Shown here: piece after piece, positions 12,632 to 25,000 of the stretch
Layout of the letters: every line of letters begins with the position of its first letter
Position numbering within the stretch: the first letter of the stretch is position 1
The notes under the pieces: model-generated
What the model was told of the DNA's origin: nothing
The model's database searches: none
What the model saw: only the letters and a program-made list of their open reading frames with translations
NCBI GenBank assembly: GCA_043228905.1
Contig: JBHGNT010000009.1
Span: 6,882,001-6,946,000, forward strand
Source: Azolla caroliniana
Lineage: Eukaryota; Plantae; Polypodiophyta
Direction of reading: 5' to 3'
DNA length: 64,000 nucleotides
Made by a program: the position numbers and the translations under genes

Positions 12632-15600
12632 ATGTGGAACGAGCAGCAGAGTCACAATCACCATCATCATCATGCCCACACCTCCATCACCACCAACACC
12701 ACATCCACCACGAATGGGCCTCCCCTGTTCCCGCAGATCCCCCAGAACCAGAACCTACAGAACCTACAGAGCCTACAGAGCCATAGCCATAGCCATGGCC
12801 AACCTCGACTCTCCAAATCGGCTCCTTGCTCCCCTCTCAAGCCCTTGCTCTCCAAGCGCCCCACCCCTCCCGCTCGCTCCGATTCCTTCCATGTCATCCA
12901 CAAGGTCCCTGTCGGAGACACTCCTTATGTCAAAGCCAAACACGTCCAGGTTCCTTCTCCTTCTCCTTCTCGCTTTTGATTATTATTGTTGTGCCTGTCT
13001 CTGCCCTGTGCATCTCTTTCTGAGTTTCTTTTTTTTTTTTTGTTTGTGTTTGTCTTCCTCTTTCCTGCTGAAATGGTTTTTCCATGTGAATTTGCTGCTT
13101 CAGCTCGTCGACAAGGACCCCAACCGAGCCATCGCCTTGTTCTGGGCCGCCATTAACGCAGGCGACAGAGTGGACAGCGCCTTGAAGGACATGGCGATCG
13201 TGATGAAGCAGCAGAACAGGCCGGAAGAAGCGATTGAGGCCATCAAATCGCTTCGCTACCGATGCTCAGACCATGCTCAAGAAAGCCTCGACAATGTGTT
13301 ACTGGACTTGTATAAGGTATGTATGTATATGAGTGATGGATTCCTTTTTGCCTGCACTGCACTGCGTTCGTCAAATTCTCTGTATTCCTTCCCCAAGCTT
13401 TAATGGTGGACCTGTCTCTTTAGTTGCGACAATGATAAATCAGATTTCCATAACTACTGTGCCATGCTTCATGGAAACCATTAATCTCGCTGTGTCCTCA
13501 GAGGTTGTTGTCATCCATCGCCCGTATTGGACACTCTCTTTTTTATTCTACGAACAATCTGCACTAGGCAGGCTGCTAAATAAAGCTTCCATGGAAGCTC
13601 TACACGTTCTTCACTTATTTCCTTAACTGAAATCTATCGTAACCAAACACATTACCAGAAACCCTACAAATCGTTTGGTTTCGGCAGAGTCTATGTTTGG
13701 GTTACTAACGTGTACAGTAGAAAGACACATTCATTCAAACTCTGCAATTTTGTATTTGATTTGAGCTTTAAAAAAAATGTATTCTTTTGATCAGTGACTA
13801 AAACTCAATCGTCGTCTGTACATTGCAGAGGTGTGGACGTTTAGATGATCAGATCGCTCTGTTGAAGCATAAACTTCACTTGATCCATCAGGGTCTCGCC
13901 TTCAATGGAAGGAGGACAAAGACAGCTCGATCGCAAGGGAAGAAATTCCAAGTGTCCATTGAGCAAGAAGCAACGAGGCTACTGGTAATAAATTCTTAAT
14001 TAGATCCTTAAGTTTTTTAAATCACTGTTATTTTTTACTGCGTCTTCTTGATTGCCCTAGGGCTGTGAATCTATCTGTTTTAATCGGCATGGTTGAATCT
14101 GTATTTCTGTATGTATGTATGTAAATGTTTTAGCTAAATTTTGACAGAGAGAATTCATGTTTCTTCTTACAGGGAAATCTCGGATGGGCATACATGCAGC
14201 AATCGAACTTTATAGCGGCAGAAGCTGTGTACAGGTCAAATTCGGCTTCCTTCACATCTTGATTTTCAGATTTGATTCGTTTCTAGCTATGGCCATGTGT
14301 GTCCTATCTGCTTCTGCTTAGGGTTTAGGTGTGCACAGAGGAAGGGTTAGGGTTTAGGGTGCAGAGGTTAGTCGTTGAGATTCTGATCCTTTTCTTTAAT
14401 TGTGCGCAGGAAAGCTCTATCGATCGAACCGGACAACAACAAGGTCTGCAACCTTGGGATATGTCTGATGAAGCAAGGCAGGCTCAAGGAAGCCAAGGAC
14501 ATGCTCAAGAGCGTGAAGCCTGCTTGCGGCGACAGTCCATGGGGCTCAGATTCTCATCTAAAATCCTTCGATCGAGCTCAGCAGATGCTGCAGGAGATGG
14601 AGGGAGGAGGAGGAGGAAGAGAGATGGCTATGGCTTCTTCCATCACCATCACCAACATTTCTGATGAAGATCAGTTCCCTGCCATCTCTGCAGAAGCTCT
14701 ATCCACATTCTCGTGCAAATGGAATGCTAATCAGAACCCTAGCAACGATACATCTGACCTCTCAGGGGCTCTGTTCGCCACATCAGGGTTTGGACCTTCT
14801 TCATCCTCAGCTGCAGGAGGAGGAGCTATTGTTTCTTCAGCCCAAAGACCTCCTCTCCCTCCTCCTTCCATCGTCTCTTCTAAAGGTGAGGCTATGGCGA
14901 TTCTGCAGGCCCAGCAGGCATCGGCTGCGCAAGGCGAAACCATGGCTATGGCTATGGCGTTTCTTAATCACAACCAGAATCAGAGCTTACCATTACTGGC
15001 TTCTGCTGTGCCTGCGACGAATGGCAAGTGGGAGGAGGAGGATGCAGAGCACGGATTCGGAGACGAGAATAAGAGTGATCCTCCTCCTCCTCCTCACCAT
15101 AGCCATGGTCTCCTCCCTCGCCAATCCATCAATTGGCATGCCGAATCTCTGCGTGTGAAGCTAGAGAAAGTTATGGTCAGCAGCAGCAATGGTAATAATA
15201 ATAATGCAGCAGTTCCTAGCAGGAAAACTACTGCTGCATCAGGCCATGGAATTCAGATGAAGAGAAGTAACAGCTCCTCTTCAGGGACACCATTGATGAA
15301 TTCCTCTCCTTCTTCGTCCATGAATTGGGGCACGCAGACATTGTTGGGAGAGAGCAATGGGAGCTTGCTCAACAGTGCAGCCCTTCCTTTTGTGGCTGCC
15401 CCAAGATCATCAGGTTTTGGAGCATCCTCGTGCCCTAATACCTGCAAATTCTCTTCGTCGGAGAATCAGGAGAAGAAGAAGACGATGGCATCAGGCAGTA
15501 GGAAGACATCTTCCTCTCATTTGAGGTCTCCATCTCTGCAGAGCCTCGTGTTGCCTGATCGAGGCGCCACACCTGAGCATGCGAAGAAGAGCTGCTGCAA

Positions 15601-15949
15601 ATCTCTGAGCTTCTTGATGGATGCCCATGGCAGCAATAGTAATAATAATGCTAATAATCATAGCAATAACGGTGATGATGCATGGTCGAGTTTAGGGTTT
15701 ATTCAGGCTGATTCGAGCAGCCCTCTCTGCACCATAGCCACAGTCCTGCGCAAACGATCGACGAGTTCTTTAAGCTCCGTCACCGCCATGTCTCCCTTGC
15801 AAGCACCTGCTGCACAAGCAGAAGAAGAACAGGATGAAGCTGCAGACAGGGAAGACAACCGAGAAGATCGAGCAGAAGAAGAAGATGAAGACGATGATGA
15901 TTTTCAAAGACGCCTTCAAGTCTTTGTAGAGATGACACTCCCTGTGTAG
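12632..15949 (+). CDS. TPR protein of the POLLENLESS3/MS5/TDM1 - SDI1 family (POLLENLESS 3-LIKE 2-like), ~762 aa
   Basis: Exons 12632-12949, 13104-13316, 13829-13984, 14173-14234, 14410-15949 (GT-AG, frame-consistent). Family motifs KSAPCSP, FHVIHKVPVGDTPYVKAKHVQLVDKDP, AINAGDRVDSALKDMAIVMKQ, KTARSQGKKFQVS, RLLGNLGWAYMQQ, DNNKVCNLGICLM; C-terminal RRLQVF. Confidence 0.95.
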
Positions 15950-18009
15950 GAGGGAGCAAGAATTTTTAGGGTTTATTTTTTAGGGTTTAGACAGGTGTCT
16001 GTCCATGGGATTCCGACATGGGAATCCCTGCAGTGAGAATTCATGAATGGGAGATTTCTCTCCTGCAAACAATCTCTCTCTCCCTCCCTCCCTCCTTCCC
16101 TCACCTCCCACAAAAGTGAAGGTTTTTTTTAGGGTTTTATTCTTTCTGTTTTTGTTTTTGGGGTTCAGTCCTTGCGAAGAAGGGTTCACATAACAACAAA
16201 CAGACAGACAGTTCGCCATCGCCACAAAACTGTCTGTGGGGAAGAGAGAAGAAAGAAAGGCAGTTTCTCTGTGTAACTGAACTGATGATCTAAAACTACC
16301 ACTAACTATAACTATAAGTATAGATATAGATATAGATAAGGAAGATTGATAGATAGATAGATAGATCTGATTAATCTGTTTGTGTGTCTGTCTTTTGCCA
16401 TCTCTACAAGAAACAGAGCAGAAAGGAATGGAAGAAGAAGACTCTCTTTCTCTCTCTATATACATATAGAATTTTATGTTCTGTTCTTCTTCTTCTCTGT
16501 GTCAATTCTATCTTTCTCTTCTCTCAATCTAGTTAATTTTGTGTCTTTGCTTTTCTGTGGCTTTTGGTAATTGTGCCTAACTATATGAAATCATTAGAGT
16601 GTTAAAACCCTAACTAAGGAAATCATGAGAATTGTAAAACCCTAACTAAACCCTCGAATACGCGTCGATAAGTTGGTTGTATGCATCTACTTGTTGTTGA
16701 TCGGTAGAATGGAGACACTCAAATGCTTCATTCTTATTGTGAATACTCTAGAATTAAGTACAGAAGCATTAGGCCTAATGACCATTCTAATGTGAAAGGG
16801 GACAACCTTTTTATATGTGAGCTATAAATGCTACTTTTGTGCTTTTTCAGTGCTACTTCAGTCTTTTGATCTTGAGCCCCTTTGTAACCTAAGCAAAGAG
16901 CTCTCCCTCTTCTTCTCATATTTGTGAGTGATTAGTGGTTAGGGCTTTTAATCCAAGCACTAATGACTCCCCCCATTGTAAGTAAGGTGATCTAGCAATC
17001 CATTTGCATTGCCGTATTTATCTTAATTTGTTAACGCTTAAGCCTTTAGATGCTCATGAGATTCAAAAAGTAGTCTACCTTGTTATTTAAAATACGTACA
17101 ATAGACATTCTAAAGCTAAAATATATCAAACACCTAAATTATAAAACATCTTGTACAAATAAAATACACGTGTTGTAATGACGACAAGGTCGAGGAGAGG
17201 GATCTGAGGCTGACACTTGAAGTTGTTAGTGAGGTCTTGAGAAGCTCTCCAACTAAGTTCGGTTACCTTGGGAAGAAAGAAATATTGTCAAGAAGGAGGA
17301 TGTTGATGGGCATCATCAGGAGATGGTGTAGATGTTAAACCAAGGGGTTTAGGTATCCTAAGAGTAATTAGTAATTAGTTTTCGTCGGTGTTCTTTTAAT
17401 TAACATCTATTGTTTTTATTTTCTTTATCTTTCTTTACATTCAAGTGACATTTTTTTGCGATCATCTCATTATCAATCTCTTAATGATTACTTTGCTATC
17501 CATGCGATTTATTTTTCTAGTTTACTTTCATTTTGCTTACAAAGCTCCCAAAATCTAAGGCCAACATTCGGATTAATGCTATAGCTAGACCGAAATATAG
17601 GTTAACAACTGAGCATCTATCTCCCTTGCACATACAATCGTACATGACAACACAACACTTTACCTAATCACCTTAGAATGTGAATGCCAAGACACCCTTT
17701 AGGAGGTCAAGGTTATTGAAAGATAAGTGGAAATGTAGTCCAACGAATACTCCAAGGGTGGAATTTTGATGATGACATGACTTGAGAAATAACTAGTATC
17801 CCTTGTTAAGGTCGTAATAGAGAACAAGATAAAGTGATAGAAGAGAATAAGAAAAGAAGAGAAAATTAAGCCAAAAGTACAAGTTTACAAGAATATTCCC
17901 AAGATTGAATTAAACCAAAATGGTTTATTATTGACTAAAGCACTTGCTTATATATCATGGTTGGACCAATGCATGCTCACCACCTCACATCCATGCATGA
18001 TTACCATTT

Positions 18010-20400
18010 GGCGAAGGTCATGGGTTCGAGTTCCCATATGATCTTCTTTGTGATGATTGGTAATGTGTAATATATATGAGCTATTTTGTACAACAATGCA
18101 TGATCTAGGCGTTAGCTCATTGGGATATTGATGATGGAATTCAGCTGCAATTTCTATGAAATTGAAAATTGCAGCAACAAACTTGTCGTGCACTAAAGAG
18201 TCAGTAAATTTTGGAAATATGTTAGATGTGTATGATCGTTGTAGACAAAAAATATGGTGGGGAGAACCTTCTAGGTAGTGCCACTAATGCTCAAAAGAAT
18301 CTACAATGACCAAGAGCTCCTTGGCACGAATCTAGTATTCGATTTCAACAACTTCGATTTTCCATGAATGGAAAGTGATTGGATCTAGTTGTTAATATGA
18401 TACGTCCAAATACAAAATTTGACATATTAGCTAATAAGGCAAAGGGCTTAGTTGGGTCATCATGGATCAAAAAAAGGTAAGATGTAAATGCATGCTTTAA
18501 GCTTTCAAATGCCTCAATTGTATCTAAAGTCCATGTGAATGGTCGATTCTTTTGTGTAAAAAATCATAAGAGGCAAAACCATATTTGAGTATTTCATAAT
18601 GAATTTGTGGTACAAACTGCAAATCCCAAGAAACATTGGACGTCGCATATAGATCATGGTGTTTGCCAATCTAGAATTGTTTGCACCTTTGTTGGATCCA
18701 TTGAGATACCTTCCGATGGTATTATGTATCAAAGGAATTCCACTTTGTTGCAACCAGATCTACACTTTTCAAGTTTGTTGTAGAAACCTTATTATTGTAA
18801 TCGTCATAGGACTTGGCGAACATGCACATCTAGCTCCTCGTAAGTCTTGGAGTAAATTGGAATGTTATCTCGATAAACAATGTTGAATATGCCCAAGATG
18901 TCTCAAATAATATCATTGTCCATATGTTGAAAAAACATTGGCGCATTCGTGAGACCAAAAGGCTTAATTGTATATTCAAAATGTCCACAACAACTACGAA
19001 ACACATTTTTCATTCATCGCCTAGACAAATTTGAATGAGATTATAAGCACCGTGAATGTCAAGCTTTTGTGATGTATTTAGCTCCATTCAAATGTTCCAA
19101 AAAGGTTGAGATTAGATGCAAGGCATATTGATTTCAAATTGTGACTATATGGAAGTTGATGTGTAGTTTTGTTGGGATTCGAGGATTGCTCAATTTCTTC
19201 AATCAATCTTTGTATTATGAAGCTCGAACTAAGGTGGAACAAGAACGATGGGATGCTCAAGACAATGGATTATATTGAATGAAATCACACGGGCTAGATT
19301 GCCAAGAACCACATAAACTTAGACTCTTCGGTTATGTCTCTAGAGGCAATTGGCCGACCGGCTATCTATGATAGTGACAAATGATGGACAAGGCAATTTT
19401 TTCAAGAGGACTTTTCATGCTAAGGTTAATTATTGGTCGATGAAGCAAGAGTTAGCTCTTGAATTTAAGAGAGAAGTGCTAATTTCAACTTGTGCTACAA
19501 AAACTCGACTAACTTGATTTGAGCAACGGAACCATTACTTTTGATTGTCCAATCAAATGGTTCCTATTTTGGGTAGACTGACTTGTTTAACAGTTCATCT
19601 ATCTAGCTAATGACGTCAAACCTATTTGATTGTGCAAGGCTCAAGGGTACTGATCTGAATCTTGGATAACACTTTATTACATATGAGACAAAGATTATGT
19701 TGTGTAAAATTATTCAAAGAAAACAACAAAAACTATGCACGATACACCACAAAAATTGAACATGGAAGACACTCAAGGAGGTAAAAACCATGGGACCTAG
19801 TCCAGAAATAATTTACTATCAACGTAAAACTTGTACACCAAAGTTCTACTTTGAACAAGTTAGAGTATTATGTAAAACAGAATGTCAATTTTCCTCTAAC
19901 AACTAAACCCAACTAAAAAGACACAAAAACAACTACCAAGAAGTCACAACACATGGCTGGTGACAGGATGCGGTGATGGAAGGAGAGCATAAGCTCTCCA
20001 AAATCTAATTTTCTTTCTACAACAGAAAAATGCTCGTTTCCCCCCCTTTATCTCACATTCCAAAGTGAGTATATATGTGTGAATACATCTAAGTGTGACC
20101 CCTGTTCACATGATATTTAAAAGAAAAAGGTTTTGGGCGTCCATGGCCCATCCACACACCAAAACAGTGGCCAAAAAACCTAACAAGTACTAGGATGACT
20201 AGATGTAACTAGAGAATCAAGATCCACTTTAGCATTTTCTTGATTAACTTGCTTATGTGGATGAGGAAAATTTATCATTATGTGTCCTAGGGCACCACAA
20301 TATAAACATAGATGATTTAACTGCCACCTTCGCTTTTCAGCTTTAGTTAATATGAGCGACATTCATTGGATATCTATTGGGATGCATTTGGATGACAAGC
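18010..20400 (-). mobile_element. Heavily decayed Ty3/gypsy element related to the 59596-64000 element
   Basis: Minus-strand remnants: gag knuckle LCLYCGALGH (20180-20362), GTTAAAC slippery site plus stem (19547-19591), RT DIHGAYNLIQI...GHFEYT (~18970-19065), RNase H FHSWK...KELL (~18310-18375); 18-bp match to the U3 of the 59596 LTR at 18014-18031. Confidence 0.8.
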
Positions 20401-20889
20401 TACACCCGGTTTACAAATGATGCAGAAAAAAATGAACATTATTTGCACCCTTTAACTTGTGGTTCGGATTATTGTATTGGAGCATCTTGACCACATGTTC
20501 TTGAACGTAGCACATAACATATGTACTCGAATGCATTTGAAAACATTCTTTTTCATGCGTTTGCAAAACGAATGTGTGTGTTATGAAAACATACTTGTGT
20601 GTGTGTTTTTTTTTTATGTTCTTCACCTTAACTTTCTTACTTTAAAAAAAAGTTTTACCATATAATAAATAATGAATCGGTATTTACCATACTTGAATGA
20701 TTGAGACTCACTGGAATGCGAATGCACATATGGTTTATACTATGTTCTTGAATGCTTGGATTCACCTTTCTACTTGTAATTTATTCTAAATAAAAAACTG
20801 TAGGGTTATAACGTTTCAATGGATTCCTCATATATCACACAGAAGGGAACTTTGTGGTAATTGAATTCCCATATGGTGTTTGACCATAA

Positions 20890-21040
20890 GCTATTTGGGA
20901 AGGTACTTATCCTTACTTTTCAAAGGACACATCCACACTTTCCTTGTGGCATCATCAATGAGGGTGACAAAGTATGATGATGCTTTGCATATTGAGTGAA
21001 CGGGAATCAGTCTGCAAATGCCATGATGCCCTAGGTTGAG
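20890..21040 (-). mobile_element. Ty1/copia integrase remnant
   Basis: ASSYFVTLIDDATRKVWMCPLKSKD, compare YFVSFIDESTRKVWAYPIRTKD in the 46.5 kb copia integrase. Confidence 0.75.
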
Positions 21041-21610
21041 TGGGTTAGTGGTAAACTCCAGTTGGACACAACCTTCATCAACGACATTCTGAATATATGG
21101 TGGGTGGTCAAACAAGTTAAAATTCGGCATTAGGTAGGAAAATAACTAGAATTCAATAAAATGTTCATCTTGGCCATAGATATATTGGCTCAAATGACTG
21201 GCATAATGCAATGATCAACCGATCTATCATTGCCAAAGAAGTCGTTGCTTTCCGAGACATGCAGTGTAGATACGATGAAGTAGATTCATTGCCAATTGCA
21301 AAAACGACAAGATTTTCCCTATTAGGATCTTCAAAGTTCTTGAATAATGTAGTAGTAGTAGTAGTGTCCTCTCGAGCTTCACGTTTCCATAACAGTCGTC
21401 CATCGCTGGTGCTTCCTTCATCTTGCATTCAACATCCGATCTTCTACGTACATACGACACGCTTTCCTTCAGTTTGCTAATAAAATTATACCAAGAAGCT
21501 TTTCTTCTGTTTGCCAAGACCTAGGCAGGCAGGCAGGCAAGCGGAGAACATGCGTGAGGGTCCAACATTTCATTGTGGTGGTTTCAAGAGAGACTTCATA
21601 GCAGACCAGG

Positions 21611-21677
21611 CCAGGGCCAGGGCCAGGGCCAGGGCCAGGGCCAGGGCCAGGGCCTGACCTGACCTGACCTGACCTGA
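21611..21677. repeat. (CCAGGG)7 followed by (CCTGA)5 in the promoter region of the SAM-PH gene
   Basis: Read directly from the sequence. Confidence 0.9.
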
Positions 21678-22071
21678 AGAGACACTCCATTCAGTGGAGA
21701 CCTGACCTAATAGCTTGATTCCAGTTCACAATGAAGAAAGACTACAGAAATGGAGCCCCCCCCAAACAACACGTGAACCTCCTCCTCCTTCTCCTTCCTT
21801 CCTTCCTTCCTTCTTTCTTTCCTTCCTCTGTTTTTTACCCTTCCTCCTTTTTCTCGAACGAAGTCTTATCTCTTATCTTCTTCATCAGAGCGGGAAAAAA
21901 GCTTTTTCATGTCCCCCATTTCTGCACATCCCCTGCTGGGTCTCCGTCTCTGTCGCTGCCTGTGGTGTCTCCTCCTTCCCCATCTTCTCTCACACCTTTC
22001 ATCGCAGGAAATCAACGGTGTAGATCCACCCAAACTTCAGTCGGATTCATGATTCTAAAGCTTCCGATCCC

Positions 22072-25000
22072 ATGGCCTTCCTTTTCTCTAAATCTGCTCC
22101 TGTAATTCAGGTATGCATACACCTATTGTCCAAATCACCTTTTTGTATTTGTTTAGAATCTCCATGCAGAGATCAGTATTCAGAGCGTGAGGTTAATCCT
22201 TTAATCAAATGGTCCAATGAAAGTAGCGAGAAATTGGGTTGTCCTAGTTCATCGTTCTATTAGATTTAACTTAAAAAATTTGTTGGCTTTTTGTCTGTTC
22301 ATTTCTCTGATTAATCATATTATTTACGTTTAAATTTTAACTTAATTCTCAGATTAAGTGAAAGAAGTCAACTAGAAATCGGGTTCTTCTGAGTAAATTA
22401 ATTTTGCTTCATTCGATTAATTATTATCAGACATTAATCTTAAAATTTGAACTTAATCCCAGTATTTGTAAACTTAATCAACTATTTAGAAATCGGGTTC
22501 TTTGACTCAGTCCTCCTCTTTTAAACACTAGATTCGCTTAGCTTTTTAGGATTTTTTTTCCACTTCAAATTTGCGATTAGTTAAAGCTAGGCTTCATTTT
22601 CAATTTAATCCTCTGATTTTGAAACTAGAAATCGTTTTCTATGATTTGATCCCCCTCCTTTTGCTTGTTAATGAGATTAACTAGTAATTAGGTTCTCTGG
22701 GTCAAGATCCCGTATGATTCAAGCAACCTTTTTTGCTTGTTTTTGTGGACCTAATTAAATTAACTAGCATATAAGATCTCTGGTTCAAAATCCACGGTAT
22801 TTGATTTATTTCATTTATATTGCCTGATATACTCAATATTGACCATTATCTTGAATTTAATACACAGATTAGCTGAAACTACCTTGCAATTGAGTTTTCT
22901 GAATTCATGCCGCATTTTGCCTAGTTTTCCTTTATTTTTCGAGCTTAATCATAAGATTTGTTGAGTTTACAAGGAAACTGTGTTCCCTTATTAAACCCTA
23001 TTCTTTTTCTTGTGTTTTTGTTTCAAGATGTACAATCCTTTACATTTTGACCATACCGAAATGGTTCAACAGACTGAGATGGGGAACTTAAAGGCCTGTC
23101 AAGTGCCTCTAGATGGTACTTTTCGGGAAGAATCTAATGCTGAAGATTTCTGCCATGTCCCAGCTTTTAATAAGTTCGGGAAAGAAGATCCCGTGCACTG
23201 CTGGTCTGTGGATGATGTTGTGTCTTGGGTTCTGGAGAATGTTCCAATTCAAAGTGAACGTTTGGAAGGTATTCTTGTCACAATTATTGTTCTTTTTTTG
23301 TCACTCAAGTGTCTGTTACTGTTGTACATAGAAACCCTCAGGTTCATAATCAAAGGCAAAACTATATAAACAAGTGTTATTTCCTATGTTATGCTTTCGG
23401 AAGATGAAGATGACTTTCTGGGTATGCTTTGACTTCATAGGATTCATGCATTGTAGACACCTATAACAAAAAGATTACCCTTCTACATAAAGGAAAGACT
23501 CATTCCTTAGAACTGAAGTTCAAAGGGGAGTCTGTCTTTGTTATTTCTAATGTATTGAAGGATCAAACTTTTATGTATTTGGTCTTTGCTAAGGATGTTA
23601 ATGCACATGAAAGTGAATATATTTCGTTTGCATTAGGCGAATACCAATTTTCTACAAAGAGAATCGCTCCCTAGAAGGCCCAAGAATGATACATTTGATT
23701 TTGTGCTTAGTTCAGTGAGAGTCAGTCAAAATAATGAGCTTTAATTAGAGAAGTGATGGATTCATGCCAGTTTGTCTCCTTACTATACTCCATACTTATT
23801 GTGCAAAAGGAAGATGGTACTTGTTACACATGTGTTGGCTATCATACGTTGAACAATCTGAAACAGATTTCACATACCAAGGATTGATGATATTCTTGAT
23901 GGATTACCAGGCAATGTTTAGAAGGATTATTTTAAAGAGTTGTTATCATTGGCTTTGGTTTCCTCTCGAACTACTTTTAGCCTCTGTAATTTCTGGTGAT
24001 TCTGTTTGGATCTACAAATACTTCTGCCATTCTCAATAGGATGATGGATTGTTTTTTTAATCCAGACAAGGCCATACTTGTGGGCACACTTGTTGTTGAC
24101 ATGATAGTGTATACTAGGAATGAACAAAAGCACCAGGTTCATTTCGCCGGGAAATCAGAATAGATGCTTATTAATGCAAAGAAAAGTGAATGCTTCTTGG
24201 GAAATATGCATATCCTTGGACACGTTGTCACAAAACAGGGTTACAAAAAGGTGCTGCCAAAGTAGAGGCATCAATCGGAAACTGTTCATGATGTTTTGCA
24301 GTTATATCATTAGTGCTGATTTTTATGTGCAAACACAAAATCAAATATTGCATTATTTTATCACATGAAAAACCCTTGGGATGATATGCTTAGTACTGTA
24401 TGTTGTTGTCTATAGTCAATAACCAAGGCTCGAGGATGAGAAGTCTACTTTGAAGAGTTGTATCTGACTGCCTGGGTACTGCTTGAAAGAGTCTTTGATC
24501 TTCTTTTTATCCACAAATTGATGGACAGTTAAATTGAGCCTATTCTATTATTTAACTTAACTTAAATAATATGTTTCAGACCCCAAAGCAACTTAAGGAA
24601 CTCTATTTACCCTTTAGTTTAATATGCCTGCAATAATACTATGCATACATAAACTGAGAAGACTTCTTAAAGAGTGAGCAGATGCCCTATCCAATTTTCA
24701 TAGAAAGAGTAAGATAATAATTTTGAGGTAGACAAATATTCTCAGCTGCTGATGAAACATAAGAGACGCTTTGCCCTTGCAGATCGTCATTGTTGTGAAC
24801 CCTTGTTTGCACCTGGTTATTGGGCACTTTTTTGAAAAGTCAAAGTTAACAAAGAAATATTAAAGTCTCTAAAAGACCATTAAGTCACATGAGATTTTGC
24901 AAAGATTACAACTGTTTAACTATCAACAAAAGCAACAAAAGTAAGAGATGAAAGAAAACTTCTCAGTACTCTCGCCTCTCTGAGACTCTTGAATTTGGCA

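Noticed and set aside
12202-13403. Long ORFs 12202-12786 and 12489-13403 as separate genes
   Set aside because: Built from microsatellites and intron read-through overlapping the real TPR gene exons.
19698-20185. Solo LTR (TGTTG...TAACA) inside the decayed gypsy
   Set aside because: LTR-like, but the 5-bp flanks do not match, so boundaries cannot be supported.
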